This document shows, one piece after another, positions 38,527-47,341 of a DNA stretch of 64,000 nt. The stretch's first letter is position 1. The number at the start of each line of letters is the position of its first letter. The stretch comes from a bacterium (lineage in GTDB: Bacteria; Bacillota; Clostridia; Oscillospirales; Oscillospiraceae): NCBI GenBank assembly GCA_963590455.1, contig CAVAPH010000001.1:4777-68776 (forward strand), written 5' to 3'. Under the pieces are notes generated by a model, which saw nothing but the letters and a program-made list of their open reading frames with translations, was not told the DNA's origin and did no database searches. The position numbers and the translations under genes were made by a program.

Positions 38527-40896
38527 ATGCAGCCAACAATGTGTTCACGCTGCGGAAAAAACGTGGCAATAATATTCATAACCAAGATAGAAAACGGGCA
38601 GTCCAAAAACGAGGGACTCTGCCTTAAGTGCGCGCGCGAGCTGCACATAAAGCCGGTGGATGATGTCATCAACAAGATGGGCATATCCGATGATGATCTC
38701 GATAATATTTCCGGCGACATGATGAACGCGATGAACGGCGTGGAGGAGCTTATGTCTCTCGACGACGAAGATGCCGGCAGCGATGACGACGGCAAGACCG
38801 CGACATTCCCGTTCCTCAGCCGTCTTTTCGGCGGCCCTGCCGGAAACGGAAATAATAACGCACAGGATCAGGGCGGCAGCATCCCGCAGGATAAGCCGCG
38901 CCAGGATAATAACCAGCAGCAGCCCAAGGGCAAGCGCAAGTTCCTGGACAACTACTGCATTGACCTGACCGCACGCGCAAGAGCAGGCAAGCTCGATTCC
39001 ATGATCGGACGCGAGGAGGAGCTTGAGCGCGTCATCCAGATACTCAACCGCCGCCAGAAGAATAACCCCTGCCTTATCGGCGAACCCGGCGTCGGCAAGA
39101 CTGCGATTGCGGAGGGGCTTGCTCAGCGCATCGCAATGGGTAATGTCCCGTACAAGCTGCAGGATAAGCAGGTCTTTCTGCTCGATCTGACCGCACTTGT
39201 CGCCGGCACGCAGTTCCGCGGCCAGTTTGAAAGCCGCATGAAGGGCCTTATCGAAGAGGTACGCAAGCAGGGCAATATAATACTCGTGATTGACGAGGTG
39301 CATAATATTGTCGGCGCGGGCGATGCCGAGGGCAGCATGAACGCCGCCAATATATTAAAGCCCGCACTCTCCAGAGGCGAGATACAGGTCATCGGCGCCA
39401 CTACATTTGCCGAGTACCGCAAGCATATAGAGAAGGACTCCGCACTCGAGCGCCGCTTCCAGCCGGTCACCGTGAATGAGCCGTCCATTGAGGACAGCGT
39501 GAAGATTCTGCTGGGCATTGCGCATTATTACGAGAAATATCACGGCGTGCATATCTCCGAGGAGATGTGCCGTCAGGCCGTGCTTCTGAGCGAGAGATAC
39601 ATTACGGACCGCTTCCTGCCGGACAAGGCTATAGATCTTATAGACGAGGCCTGCTCGGATGTAAATCTCAAGGATGAGGGAATTAACTCTCTCATGCTCA
39701 AGGAGCGGGAGCTTGAAAATGTCCGCTATGAGCGCGAGGGGCTTATGAGCGCCGACGCACCCGCGGGCGTTGAGATGAATGATGAAATGCTCGACAAGCG
39801 CTACGCCTGCATTGCGGAGCTGCGCAGCAAGGAGCTTAAGCTGCAGCAGGAGATTGACGAGCTCAAGCACCGCAGCCGCCCTGAGCTCACGCTTGATAAT
39901 CTGGCACGCATAATCGAGCTGTGGACAAAGATCCCGGCCTCCAGCATCCGCGAGGATGAGTATGAGCGCCTTGCAAAGCTCGACGAACGCCTCAAGGCGC
40001 ATATCGTCGGACAGGATGAGGCGGTTGACGCAGTGTGCGCCGCAATAAAGCGCAGCCGCGTCGGCTTAAAAGTGAAACGCAAGCCCGTCAGCTTTATCTT
40101 CGTCGGCGGCACCGGCGTCGGCAAGACGGAGCTTGTCAAACGCCTTGCAGCGGATATGTTTGATTCGCCCGAGTCACTTATTCGCCTTGATATGTCTGAA
40201 TTCATGGAGAAGTTCTCCGTTTCACGCATTATCGGCTCACCTCCGGGATATGTCGGCTATGATGAGGCCGGACAGCTGACCGAGAAGATACGCCGCAAGC
40301 CCTACAGCGTGGTGCTCTTCGACGAGATAGAGAAGGCGCACCCCGATGTGATGAATATACTCCTGCAGATTCTCGATGACGGACGCATTACCGATGCGCA
40401 GGGCCGCACCGTCAACTTTGAAAACACCGTCATCGTCATGACCACGAACGCGGGCAGCTCCAACAAGACCGGCTCCGTCGGCTTCGGCGGCACTCTGAGC
40501 GATATGACAAAGGAGCGCACGATGAAGGCACTCAACGAGTTCCTGCGCCCCGAGTTTATCAACCGTGTGGATGAGGTCGTATGCTTCAACCAGCTCACTG
40601 AGGAGAACTTCCGCGGCATTGCGGAGCTTATGCTCGGCGAGGTGCGCACCGTGCTTGAAGAGCGCGGACAGACGCTTGACTGGGACGAGAAGCTTGTCGA
40701 TTATCTCGTGTCCAAGGGTTACTCCGCAACGTACGGCGCGCGCAATCTGCGCCGCCTGATCCAGAAGGAGATAGAGGACGTTCTGGCAGAAAAGATCATC
40801 GAGCGCCGCGGCGAGGATATAAAGCATATCTCACTCTCGGCACAGGATGACAAGGTAATCGTTGAGATGAAAGGAGACCAAGATGGCGAAGCTTGA
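38527..40896 (+). CDS. ClpC-type class I AAA+ unfoldase with an N-terminal McsA-like zinc ribbon instead of a Clp_N domain
   Basis: Two AAA+ modules ([13 protein letters not shown]; [14 protein letters not shown]). Short coiled-coil M-domain. GSVGFGG ClpP-docking-type loop. The N-terminus [32 protein letters not shown] has CxxC..CxxC, followed by an acidic/Gln-rich linker. Confidence 0.85.
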   Translation: MQPTMCSRCGKNVAIIFITKIENGQSKNEGLCLKCARELHIKPVDDVINKMGISDDDLDNISGDMMNAMNGVEELMSLDDEDAGSDDDGKTATFPFLSRLFGGPAGNGNNNAQDQGGSIPQDKPRQDNNQQQPKGKRKFLDNYCIDLTARARAGKLDSMIGREEELERVIQILNRRQKNNPCLIGEPGVGKTAIAEGLAQRIAMGNVPYKLQDKQVFLLDLTALVAGTQFRGQFESRMKGLIEEVRKQGNIILVIDEVHNIVGAGDAEGSMNAANILKPALSRGEIQVIGATTFAEYRKHIEKDSALERRFQPVTVNEPSIEDSVKILLGIAHYYEKYHGVHISEEMCRQAVLLSERYITDRFLPDKAIDLIDEACSDVNLKDEGINSLMLKERELENVRYEREGLMSADAPAGVEMNDEMLDKRYACIAELRSKELKLQQEIDELKHRSRPELTLDNLARIIELWTKIPASSIREDEYERLAKLDERLKAHIVGQDEAVDAVCAAIKRSRVGLKVKRKPVSFIFVGGTGVGKTELVKRLAADMFDSPESLIRLDMSEFMEKFSVSRIIGSPPGYVGYDEAGQLTEKIRRKPYSVVLFDEIEKAHPDVMNILLQILDDGRITDAQGRTVNFENTVIVMTTNAGSSNKTGSVGFGGTLSDMTKERTMKALNEFLRPEFINRVDEVVCFNQLTEENFRGIAELMLGEVRTVLEERGQTLDWDEKLVDYLVSKGYSATYGARNLRRLIQKEIEDVLAEKIIERRGEDIKHISLSAQDDKVIVEMKGDQDGEA

Positions 40897-41404
40897 AATA
40901 ATCAAGGGCGATATCACATTGCAGCATGTTGACGCGATAGTCAACGCGGCGAACCGCTCACTTCTCGGCGGCGGCGGAGTTGACGGCGCAATCCATCGTG
41001 CCGCAGGGCCTGAGCTCCTGGCGGAGTGCCGCACGCTTAACGGCTGCGAGACCGGCGAGGCCAAGATAACAAAGGGCTATAATCTGCCTGCAAAGCACGT
41101 CATTCATACCCCCGGCCCAATCTGGCGCGGCGGTACCCACGGCGAGCCGGAGCAGCTTGCATCCTGCTACCGCAACTGCCTGAGGCTTGCTGTTGAAAAC
41201 GACTGCAAGACGGTGGATTTCCCGTCCATAAGCACAGGCGTGTATTCTTATCCGATAGAAAAGGCCGCGAAGATCGCAGTTTCGACCATAATGACGTTCC
41301 TTGAAGATCACCCGCAGATTGAGCGCGTGCGCATGGTCTGCTTCAGCGAGTCCAACAGGAAAACCTATCAGGACGCGCTTGACGAGTATCTCGCAAAGGC
41401 ATGA
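40883..41404 (+). CDS. Macro domain protein (O-acetyl-ADP-ribose deacetylase / ADP-ribose hydrolase, YmdB-like)
   Basis: [16 protein letters not shown] and [14 protein letters not shown] motifs. Overlaps the unfoldase gene by 14 nt. Confidence 0.9.
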   Translation: MAKLEIIKGDITLQHVDAIVNAANRSLLGGGGVDGAIHRAAGPELLAECRTLNGCETGEAKITKGYNLPAKHVIHTPGPIWRGGTHGEPEQLASCYRNCLRLAVENDCKTVDFPSISTGVYSYPIEKAAKIAVSTIMTFLEDHPQIERVRMVCFSESNRKTYQDALDEYLAKA

Positions 41405-41964
41405 AGAGAGTAGTAAAGCTGCAGTATAATTCGCCTGTCGTGCTGACGTTTGCGCTGCTGTCGCTGGCGGCGCTCATACTCGGCAAGCTCACCGGCGGAT
41501 GGACGACGACTAAGCTCTTCTCTGTCTACCGCTCCTCACCGGCGGATCTGCTCACGTACCCACGCTTTATCCTGCACGTGCTCGGCCACAGCAGCTACTC
41601 GCACTATATCGGCAATATCATGATGCTGCTTGTCATCGGTCCCACGCTTGAGGAGCGCTACGGCAGTAAATGCCTGCTGGAGACGATAGTTATAACAGCG
41701 CTGGTTTCCGGCATGATACAGTGGCTCTTCTTCCCGAATACCGCGCTGCTCGGCGCATCGGGAATAGTATTCATGATGATCGTCATGTGCTCGCTCTCCG
41801 GCATGAAGAACGGCTGCATCCCGCTTACGCTGGTGCTTGTGCTGATATTATATATCGGCGGCGAGATTATCGACGGCGTGACGCTCAAGGACAACGTCTC
41901 CCAGCTGACGCATATCATCGGCGGCATATGCGGCGCGGTCCTCGGCATTGCGATGAGAAAATAA
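41401..41964 (+). CDS. Rhomboid family intramembrane serine protease
   Basis: 6 [11 protein letters not shown] (GxSG Ser) and [12 protein letters not shown] (His). ATGA overlap with the macro gene. Confidence 0.8.
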   Translation: MKRVVKLQYNSPVVLTFALLSLAALILGKLTGGWTTTKLFSVYRSSPADLLTYPRFILHVLGHSSYSHYIGNIMMLLVIGPTLEERYGSKCLLETIVITALVSGMIQWLFFPNTALLGASGIVFMMIVMCSLSGMKNGCIPLTLVLVLILYIGGEIIDGVTLKDNVSQLTHIIGGICGAVLGIAMRK

Positions 41965-42025
41965 ATTAAATTATAAAAAGATGCGCCGCGTGCGCATCTT
42001 TTATAATATCAGGAGGAAAAATGCC

Positions 42026-42463
42026 ATGGAAAAACTGCTTATCAGCTCATGCCTTCTGGGCAACAACTGCAAATACAGCGGCGGCAATAACCGCCTGCCG
42101 GATGAGCTGCTCTCGGCGCTGAGGGCAAAATATACACTCATACCCGTCTGCCCGGAGACTGCCGGAAAGCTGCCCATTCCCCGTGAACCGAGCGAGAGAG
42201 TCGGCAAGCTTGTGCTCAGCCGCAGCGGCAGGGACGTCACCGCGGAATACACGGCGGGCGCGGATGCGGCGGAGTATCTCGTGAAAAGCCACGGAATTAA
42301 AATTGCGCTGATGAAGGCCAATTCACCGTCATGCGGCAGCGGCAGCATATACGACGGGAGCTTTTCAGGCACGCTTATACCGGGAGACGGTGTGACGACG
42401 CAGCGCCTTCGCAAATTAAACGTGAAGGTGTACTCCGAGAAGGAAATAGAAAAGCTGATTTAA
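42026..42463 (+). CDS. DUF523 family protein (TudS-like)
   Basis: Start moved to ATG 42026 (AGGAGG 9 nt upstream). SSCLLGNNCKYSGG and NSPSCGS Cys motifs are typical of DUF523. Confidence 0.7.
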   Translation: MEKLLISSCLLGNNCKYSGGNNRLPDELLSALRAKYTLIPVCPETAGKLPIPREPSERVGKLVLSRSGRDVTAEYTAGADAAEYLVKSHGIKIALMKANSPSCGSGSIYDGSFSGTLIPGDGVTTQRLRKLNVKVYSEKEIEKLI

Positions 42464-42497
42464 TCACGGCATGAATAAACTGTTAAATCATTTGGAA

Positions 42498-42525
42498 ACA
42501 GGCGTGCAAAAACGCCTGTTCTCTT
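42498..42525 (+). terminator. Hairpin after the DUF523 gene
   Basis: ACAGGCG-TGCAAAAA-CGCCTGT, then TTCTCTT. The T-run is weak. Confidence 0.45.
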
Positions 42526-42552
42526 GACATTACGGGGCGAAATCTATAATAT
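42524..42552 (+). promoter_or_regulatory. Sigma-70-type promoter of the large binding-lipoprotein gene
   Basis: TTGACA (42524-42529), 17 nt, TAATAT (42547-42552). This leaves a leader of about 230 nt. Confidence 0.65.
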
Positions 42553-42786
42553 GTTGTGGGCGCAAAATGCCTGTAACTTTTGTAAAACGCCTGCGTATAT
42601 ATTATTGCAGACGTGCGTTGCAGCATAAAATCCGTGTTAAGAATCGGAAAAGATTAAAATAATACAGAACTTTTTTCCGCAAATTGCGTCTGATAGCCTG
42701 TCCGCCGAAGTGCGGAGTATTGAAACACAACGAATTGCGTTATCTGACCGGCTCTGTCCGGACGGAGGAACAATTAGGAGGATAAA

Positions 42787-45267
42787 ATGAAAAGAAACCT
42801 TACCAAGCTCACGGCTCTTCTTTTAGTGCTCGTCATGGCGCTGTCCCTTTGCGCCTGCGGCAGCGGAAGCAGCTCGAAGAGCAGCACTTCAGAGGAGGAG
42901 ACTCCGACCAATGTCTATAACACCGAATTCACCACGATAGTCAGCGGCGTAAAGAATTCGCTCAACCCCGTGCTCTACTCCGGCAACGGCTTCTATGCCG
43001 TTACGTACGAGCTCGTTGAAGACGAGAGCGCGCCGACAGAAGAGAACACGGAAGAAAGCGCGAATGAAACTGCAGCTGAAAGCACATACGCAGTAGCTGA
43101 AACCTCAGATCCCCAGACCTACGCTTCGATGATCAGCTATGTTGACTTCTCAGGCACGGTAAGCGAGCTTGTAAAGTATGCACCCAAGACCGCCGAGAAC
43201 ACGGAGAACTATAAAGACTTCTACTCCGGCAGCAGCATATTCGGAATGGCAGAGACCTCCGACGGCAAGCTTGTCACCATTGAAAGCACGTATTCATCCT
43301 GGTATGAGGGACCGGACAACTTCACCTCTGACGACGCCGAGTATTATAATTACCAGAATTACAACAACGCCTATTATCTGCGCGTTCTCGACAGCGAAGG
43401 CAATGAGCTCAGCTGCGTGACCCTGGATGTCGATGAGAACGAAGGAATCTCCATCGGTCAGGCGCTTACCCTTGACGACAATGACAATGTTATCTTAGGT
43501 ATGGGCGATTCCGTATGCGTTATAGGCCTCGACGGACAGCAGGTCATGAAAATTAATGCGGCCGAAGAGAGCTCCGGCGACTACTTCTACATTGACAGTA
43601 TCATCAAGCTCAACGACGGCAGCATCGCCGTGACCACCTATGCCAACGGCGGCGAGGAGCTGTGGCTGCTTGACGAGAGCACCAAGGGCTTCGGCGACAA
43701 GTATACTCTGCCGTCCAGCGCCTACGGTATCATCTCCGGCGGCGGTAATTACCAGCTCTATTACACCAGCGGCACCAATTTCTACGGCTTTAATCTCGGA
43801 GACAGCGAGGCAACCCGCCTCTTCAACTGGATAAACTGCGATATCAACAACAGTGACGGCGGCCTTACGTACGTCCGTGATGACGGCAGCATAGTCACGG
43901 TTATAAACGACTACGACTCCGCCGAGGAGACCTATGAGGTCAGCCTCGCCACCGTCAGCCTTGTCCCGTATGACTCCGTTCCCCACAAAGAGGAGATCAC
44001 CCTTGCAACCCAGTACCTCAGCTGGACTGTAAGAGACCAGGTAATTTCCTTCAACCGCAAGAACGACCAGTACCGCATAGTCGTCAAGGATTATTCTCAG
44101 TACAACACCGACGAGGATTATTCCGCCGGCCTCACCAAGCTCACAACCGAGATTCTTGCCGGCAACACCCCGGATATTCTGGACCTCACCGGATTGCCCT
44201 ATACTCAGCTTGCGGCAAAGGGCCTGCTTGAGGACCTCTACCCCTATATGGACAGCGACAGTGAGTTTGGCCGCGAGGACTTCTTCCCCAACGTTCTTGC
44301 AGCGCTTGAGGTCAACGGCAGCCTGTACTCCACGGCTTCAAGCTTCTACCTCAACAGCGTAATCGGCGCGTCCTCCGTCGTCGGCGATGAGCCGGGCTGG
44401 ACCTATGACGAGTTTAATGCGGCACTTGCATCAATGCCCGAAGGCTGCGAGCCCTTTGATCGCTACACCACCCGCGACACTATTCTCCAGACCTGCCTTA
44501 ACCTCGACATGGATAAGTACGTCGACTGGACTACCGGCAAGTGCGACTTTAATAACGAGAGCTTCACCCAGCTCCTTGAGTTTGCCGCCCAGTTCCCGGA
44601 GACCTTTGACTGGGAGAACTATGACTACTCCAATGAGGACAACGCAACTACGCGCATTGCCCAGGGCAAGCAGATGCTCATGATGACCAGCATCTACTCC
44701 ATTACGGATATTATCTATGATGATCAGTACTTCGGCGGCAGCTCCACCTACATCGGCTACCCGACCTCTGACGGCAGCGTCGGCAATCTTATCACCCTTG
44801 CAGACTCCGGCTACGCAATGTGCTCAAAGAGCACCCATAAGGACGCAGTCTGGCAGTTCCTGAGAAACTTCTTCACCGAGAAGGGACAGAGCAGCGTGTA
44901 TGCTATCCCGACTAATATCAACGTCTATAATTCAAGACTCAAGGAGAGCATGACCGTCCAGTACGAGAAGGACGACAACGGACAGTACAAGCTCGACAAG
45001 GACGGCAACAAGATCCCTGTGACCCTCGGCAGCTACACCGGCTCCGACGGCAAGACAGTTAAGTTCTACTCCATCACACAGGAACAGGCGGATAAGCTCT
45101 ACCAGGCGCTCACCTCCGCCACCGCCCTCAACGACTACACGCAGAACAGCATCTTCACCATCGTAAAAGAGCAGTCCCAGGCCTACTTCGAGGGCCAGAA
45201 GACCGCAGAAGAGGTCGCAAAGCTCGTACAGAGCAAAGCCAATATCTACGTCAACGAACAGAGATAA
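42787..45267 (+). CDS. Large lipoprotein: N-terminal ~390-aa repeat-rich domain fused to an extracellular solute-binding (CUT1 SBP-like) domain
   Basis: Lipobox LSLCACGSG. The C-terminal half has SBP-like features and is followed by two CUT1 permease genes. The N-terminal half has recurrent ..DG(S/K).V.. strands suggestive of a beta-propeller-like fold. Confidence 0.75.
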   Translation: MKRNLTKLTALLLVLVMALSLCACGSGSSSKSSTSEEETPTNVYNTEFTTIVSGVKNSLNPVLYSGNGFYAVTYELVEDESAPTEENTEESANETAAESTYAVAETSDPQTYASMISYVDFSGTVSELVKYAPKTAENTENYKDFYSGSSIFGMAETSDGKLVTIESTYSSWYEGPDNFTSDDAEYYNYQNYNNAYYLRVLDSEGNELSCVTLDVDENEGISIGQALTLDDNDNVILGMGDSVCVIGLDGQQVMKINAAEESSGDYFYIDSIIKLNDGSIAVTTYANGGEELWLLDESTKGFGDKYTLPSSAYGIISGGGNYQLYYTSGTNFYGFNLGDSEATRLFNWINCDINNSDGGLTYVRDDGSIVTVINDYDSAEETYEVSLATVSLVPYDSVPHKEEITLATQYLSWTVRDQVISFNRKNDQYRIVVKDYSQYNTDEDYSAGLTKLTTEILAGNTPDILDLTGLPYTQLAAKGLLEDLYPYMDSDSEFGREDFFPNVLAALEVNGSLYSTASSFYLNSVIGASSVVGDEPGWTYDEFNAALASMPEGCEPFDRYTTRDTILQTCLNLDMDKYVDWTTGKCDFNNESFTQLLEFAAQFPETFDWENYDYSNEDNATTRIAQGKQMLMMTSIYSITDIIYDDQYFGGSSTYIGYPTSDGSVGNLITLADSGYAMCSKSTHKDAVWQFLRNFFTEKGQSSVYAIPTNINVYNSRLKESMTVQYEKDDNGQYKLDKDGNKIPVTLGSYTGSDGKTVKFYSITQEQADKLYQALTSATALNDYTQNSIFTIVKEQSQAYFEGQKTAEEVAKLVQSKANIYVNEQR

Positions 45268-45287
45268 ATCAAATAACCCAATCCCAA

Positions 45288-45318
45288 ACGGGGCAGCACA
45301 ACCTGCTGCCCCGTTTTT
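45288..45318 (+). terminator. Strong rho-independent terminator after the SBP gene
   Basis: 10-bp stem ACGGGGCAGC / GCTGCCCCGT followed by TTTTT. Confidence 0.85.
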
Positions 45319-45427
45319 AAAACCGCGCACGGTACCGAGCTTAAAAAGACTAATACCCATCCCCGCTTCGTCACATTCCGTCACTCAATTGTTTCCACAA
45401 TTTAATAGAACGTTAAACCCGTATATG

Positions 45428-45456
45428 TTGAAATAACGCTGTTTTTGATGTATTAT
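45428..45456 (+). promoter_or_regulatory. Sigma-70-type promoter of the permease/MFP operon
   Basis: TTGAAA (45428-45433), 17 nt, TATTAT (45451-45456). Confidence 0.5.
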
Positions 45457-45559
45457 AAACAAGATGGTGTATTATGCCATTATACGGAAAAACTGCGTTG
45501 CTGCCTTGCTTTTTGCTTGGCTGCACAAATCTGATTTTATTAAAAAAGCGTATTATTTA

Positions 45560-46447
45560 ATGAAAAGTCATAAGTTGAAATTAAACGAGAAGTCGAAGGA
45601 CTTCCTGCACAGTCTGTGCTTCCTCTCGCCGAGCCTTTTGGGCGTGTGCGTGTTCTTCATCGTGCCTTTCGGCGTGGTGGTGTACTACTCGCTGATTGAC
45701 GGCGTCGGTTCGAGAAACTTTGTCGGGCTTGAGAATTTTATAAAGCTTTTTCAAAACTCGGCCTTTCTCCTCGCCGCGAAGAATACGCTGATCTTCTCGG
45801 CATGGGCGGTGCCGCTGGCGGTCATACTCTCTATGATACTGGCGCTGCTGCTTGAGGCGCGTATTCCGCTCAAATCGCAGTTTCGCACCTTCTTCCTGAG
45901 CCCGATGATGGTGCCTGTCGCCTCCGTTGTGCTCATATGGCAGGTGCTCTTTAACTACAACGGCACGATAAACGAATTCTTGATGGTCTTCGGCGCGGAT
46001 AAGATCGACTGGCTGCAGTCGCAGCACAGCATTGCCGTCGTTCTGCTGCTGTTTTTGTGGAAAAACCTCGGCTACTTCATGATTCTCTTCATGGCGGGCC
46101 TTGCCAACATACCCAAGGAGCTTCTGGAGGTGGCGGACGTAGAGGGCGCGGGCGAGCTTTATAAGTTTTTTGCCATTAAGCTGCGTTATCTCTCGCCGAC
46201 GGTGCTCTTTGTCATGATCCTCTCGCTCATCAACTCCTTCAAGGTCTTCAGAGAGGTGTATCTGCTGACGGGCGACTACCCGTATGAAACGCTGTATATG
46301 CTGCAGCACTTCATGAACAACACCTTCAAGTCTCTCGATTATCAAAAGCTCTCTGCCGCGGCCGTCGTGATGGCGATTGTAATGGTCGTAATCATCGCGC
46401 TGCTGTTCAAGGCGGAGGACTGGTTCGGAAAGGACGTGGAGGGATGA
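45560..46447 (+). CDS. Carbohydrate ABC transporter permease (CUT1, MalF-like)
   Basis: 6 TM. EAA loop EVADVEGAGELYKFFAIKLRYLSP. The start is uncertain: ATG 45560 has no SD, and the in-frame ATG 45464 coincides with the predicted transcription start. Confidence 0.8.
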   Translation: MKSHKLKLNEKSKDFLHSLCFLSPSLLGVCVFFIVPFGVVVYYSLIDGVGSRNFVGLENFIKLFQNSAFLLAAKNTLIFSAWAVPLAVILSMILALLLEARIPLKSQFRTFFLSPMMVPVASVVLIWQVLFNYNGTINEFLMVFGADKIDWLQSQHSIAVVLLLFLWKNLGYFMILFMAGLANIPKELLEVADVEGAGELYKFFAIKLRYLSPTVLFVMILSLINSFKVFREVYLLTGDYPYETLYMLQHFMNNTFKSLDYQKLSAAAVVMAIVMVVIIALLFKAEDWFGKDVEG

Positions 46448-47319
46448 AGAAAAAGCGTTATTTCGGCCGTGCCGTGACATTTATACTCTGCCTGATCTTT
46501 GCGATCCTCTTCCTGCTGCCGACTGTGCTGACGATAACAAACTCCTTCATGTCGGAAGCGGAGATAAAGGCAAACTACGGCATGATTTTCTCAACGACCT
46601 CCGGCGGCTACGTCTCCAAGACGGTCAATCTCAAGTTTATCCCCGACAAGGTCACGCTCTCGCAGTACATTACCGGCCTTATCAAGACGCCGGAATATCT
46701 CCTTAAATTCTGGAACAGCATAATCCTTGTCGTGCCTATCGTCGTGCTTCAGGTGGCAATCGCCGCGGTCGCCGCGTATTCGTTCACACGCTGGCGCGGC
46801 AGAATAAGAAGCGGCATATTCTTCTTTTATGTCATTCTTATGCTCATGCCCTATCAGGTAACCCTCGTGCCGAACTACCTTGTCAGCGACTGGCTGGGCA
46901 TACTCAACACCCGCTGGGCGATAATACTGCCGGGCGTGTTCGCACCGTTCTCGGTTTTCTTGCTGACAAAATTCATGCGCCGCATACCCTACGCCCTCAT
47001 AGAGGCGGCGAAGGTGGACGGGGCAGGCGAGTGGGAGATTTTCACGAAGGTCTGCCTGCCGCAGTGCCGCTCGGCGCTGTACTCCATCGCAATATTGGTC
47101 TTCATCGACTACTGGAACATGGTCGAGCAGCCGCTTATCCTCCTTGATGATGCGGACAAGCAGCCGCTTTCGGTGTTCCTCTCGTCTATAAATTCCGGTG
47201 AGATCGGCCTTGCCTTTGCAATGGCCACAGTGTATATGATCCCCACACTGCTGTTGTTCCTCCACGGTGAGGAGTACCTTGTCGAGGGTATTGCAAACTC
47301 CGGCAGCGTCAAGGGATAA
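46444..47319 (+). CDS. Carbohydrate ABC transporter permease (CUT1, MalG-like)
   Basis: 6 TM. EAA loop EAAKVDGAGEWEIFTKVCLP. ATGA overlap with the preceding permease. Confidence 0.85.
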   Translation: MKKKRYFGRAVTFILCLIFAILFLLPTVLTITNSFMSEAEIKANYGMIFSTTSGGYVSKTVNLKFIPDKVTLSQYITGLIKTPEYLLKFWNSIILVVPIVVLQVAIAAVAAYSFTRWRGRIRSGIFFFYVILMLMPYQVTLVPNYLVSDWLGILNTRWAIILPGVFAPFSVFLLTKFMRRIPYALIEAAKVDGAGEWEIFTKVCLPQCRSALYSIAILVFIDYWNMVEQPLILLDDADKQPLSVFLSSINSGEIGLAFAMATVYMIPTLLLFLHGEEYLVEGIANSGSVKG

Positions 47320-47341
47320 GCGTCACAGCGAGGTAATTAAT

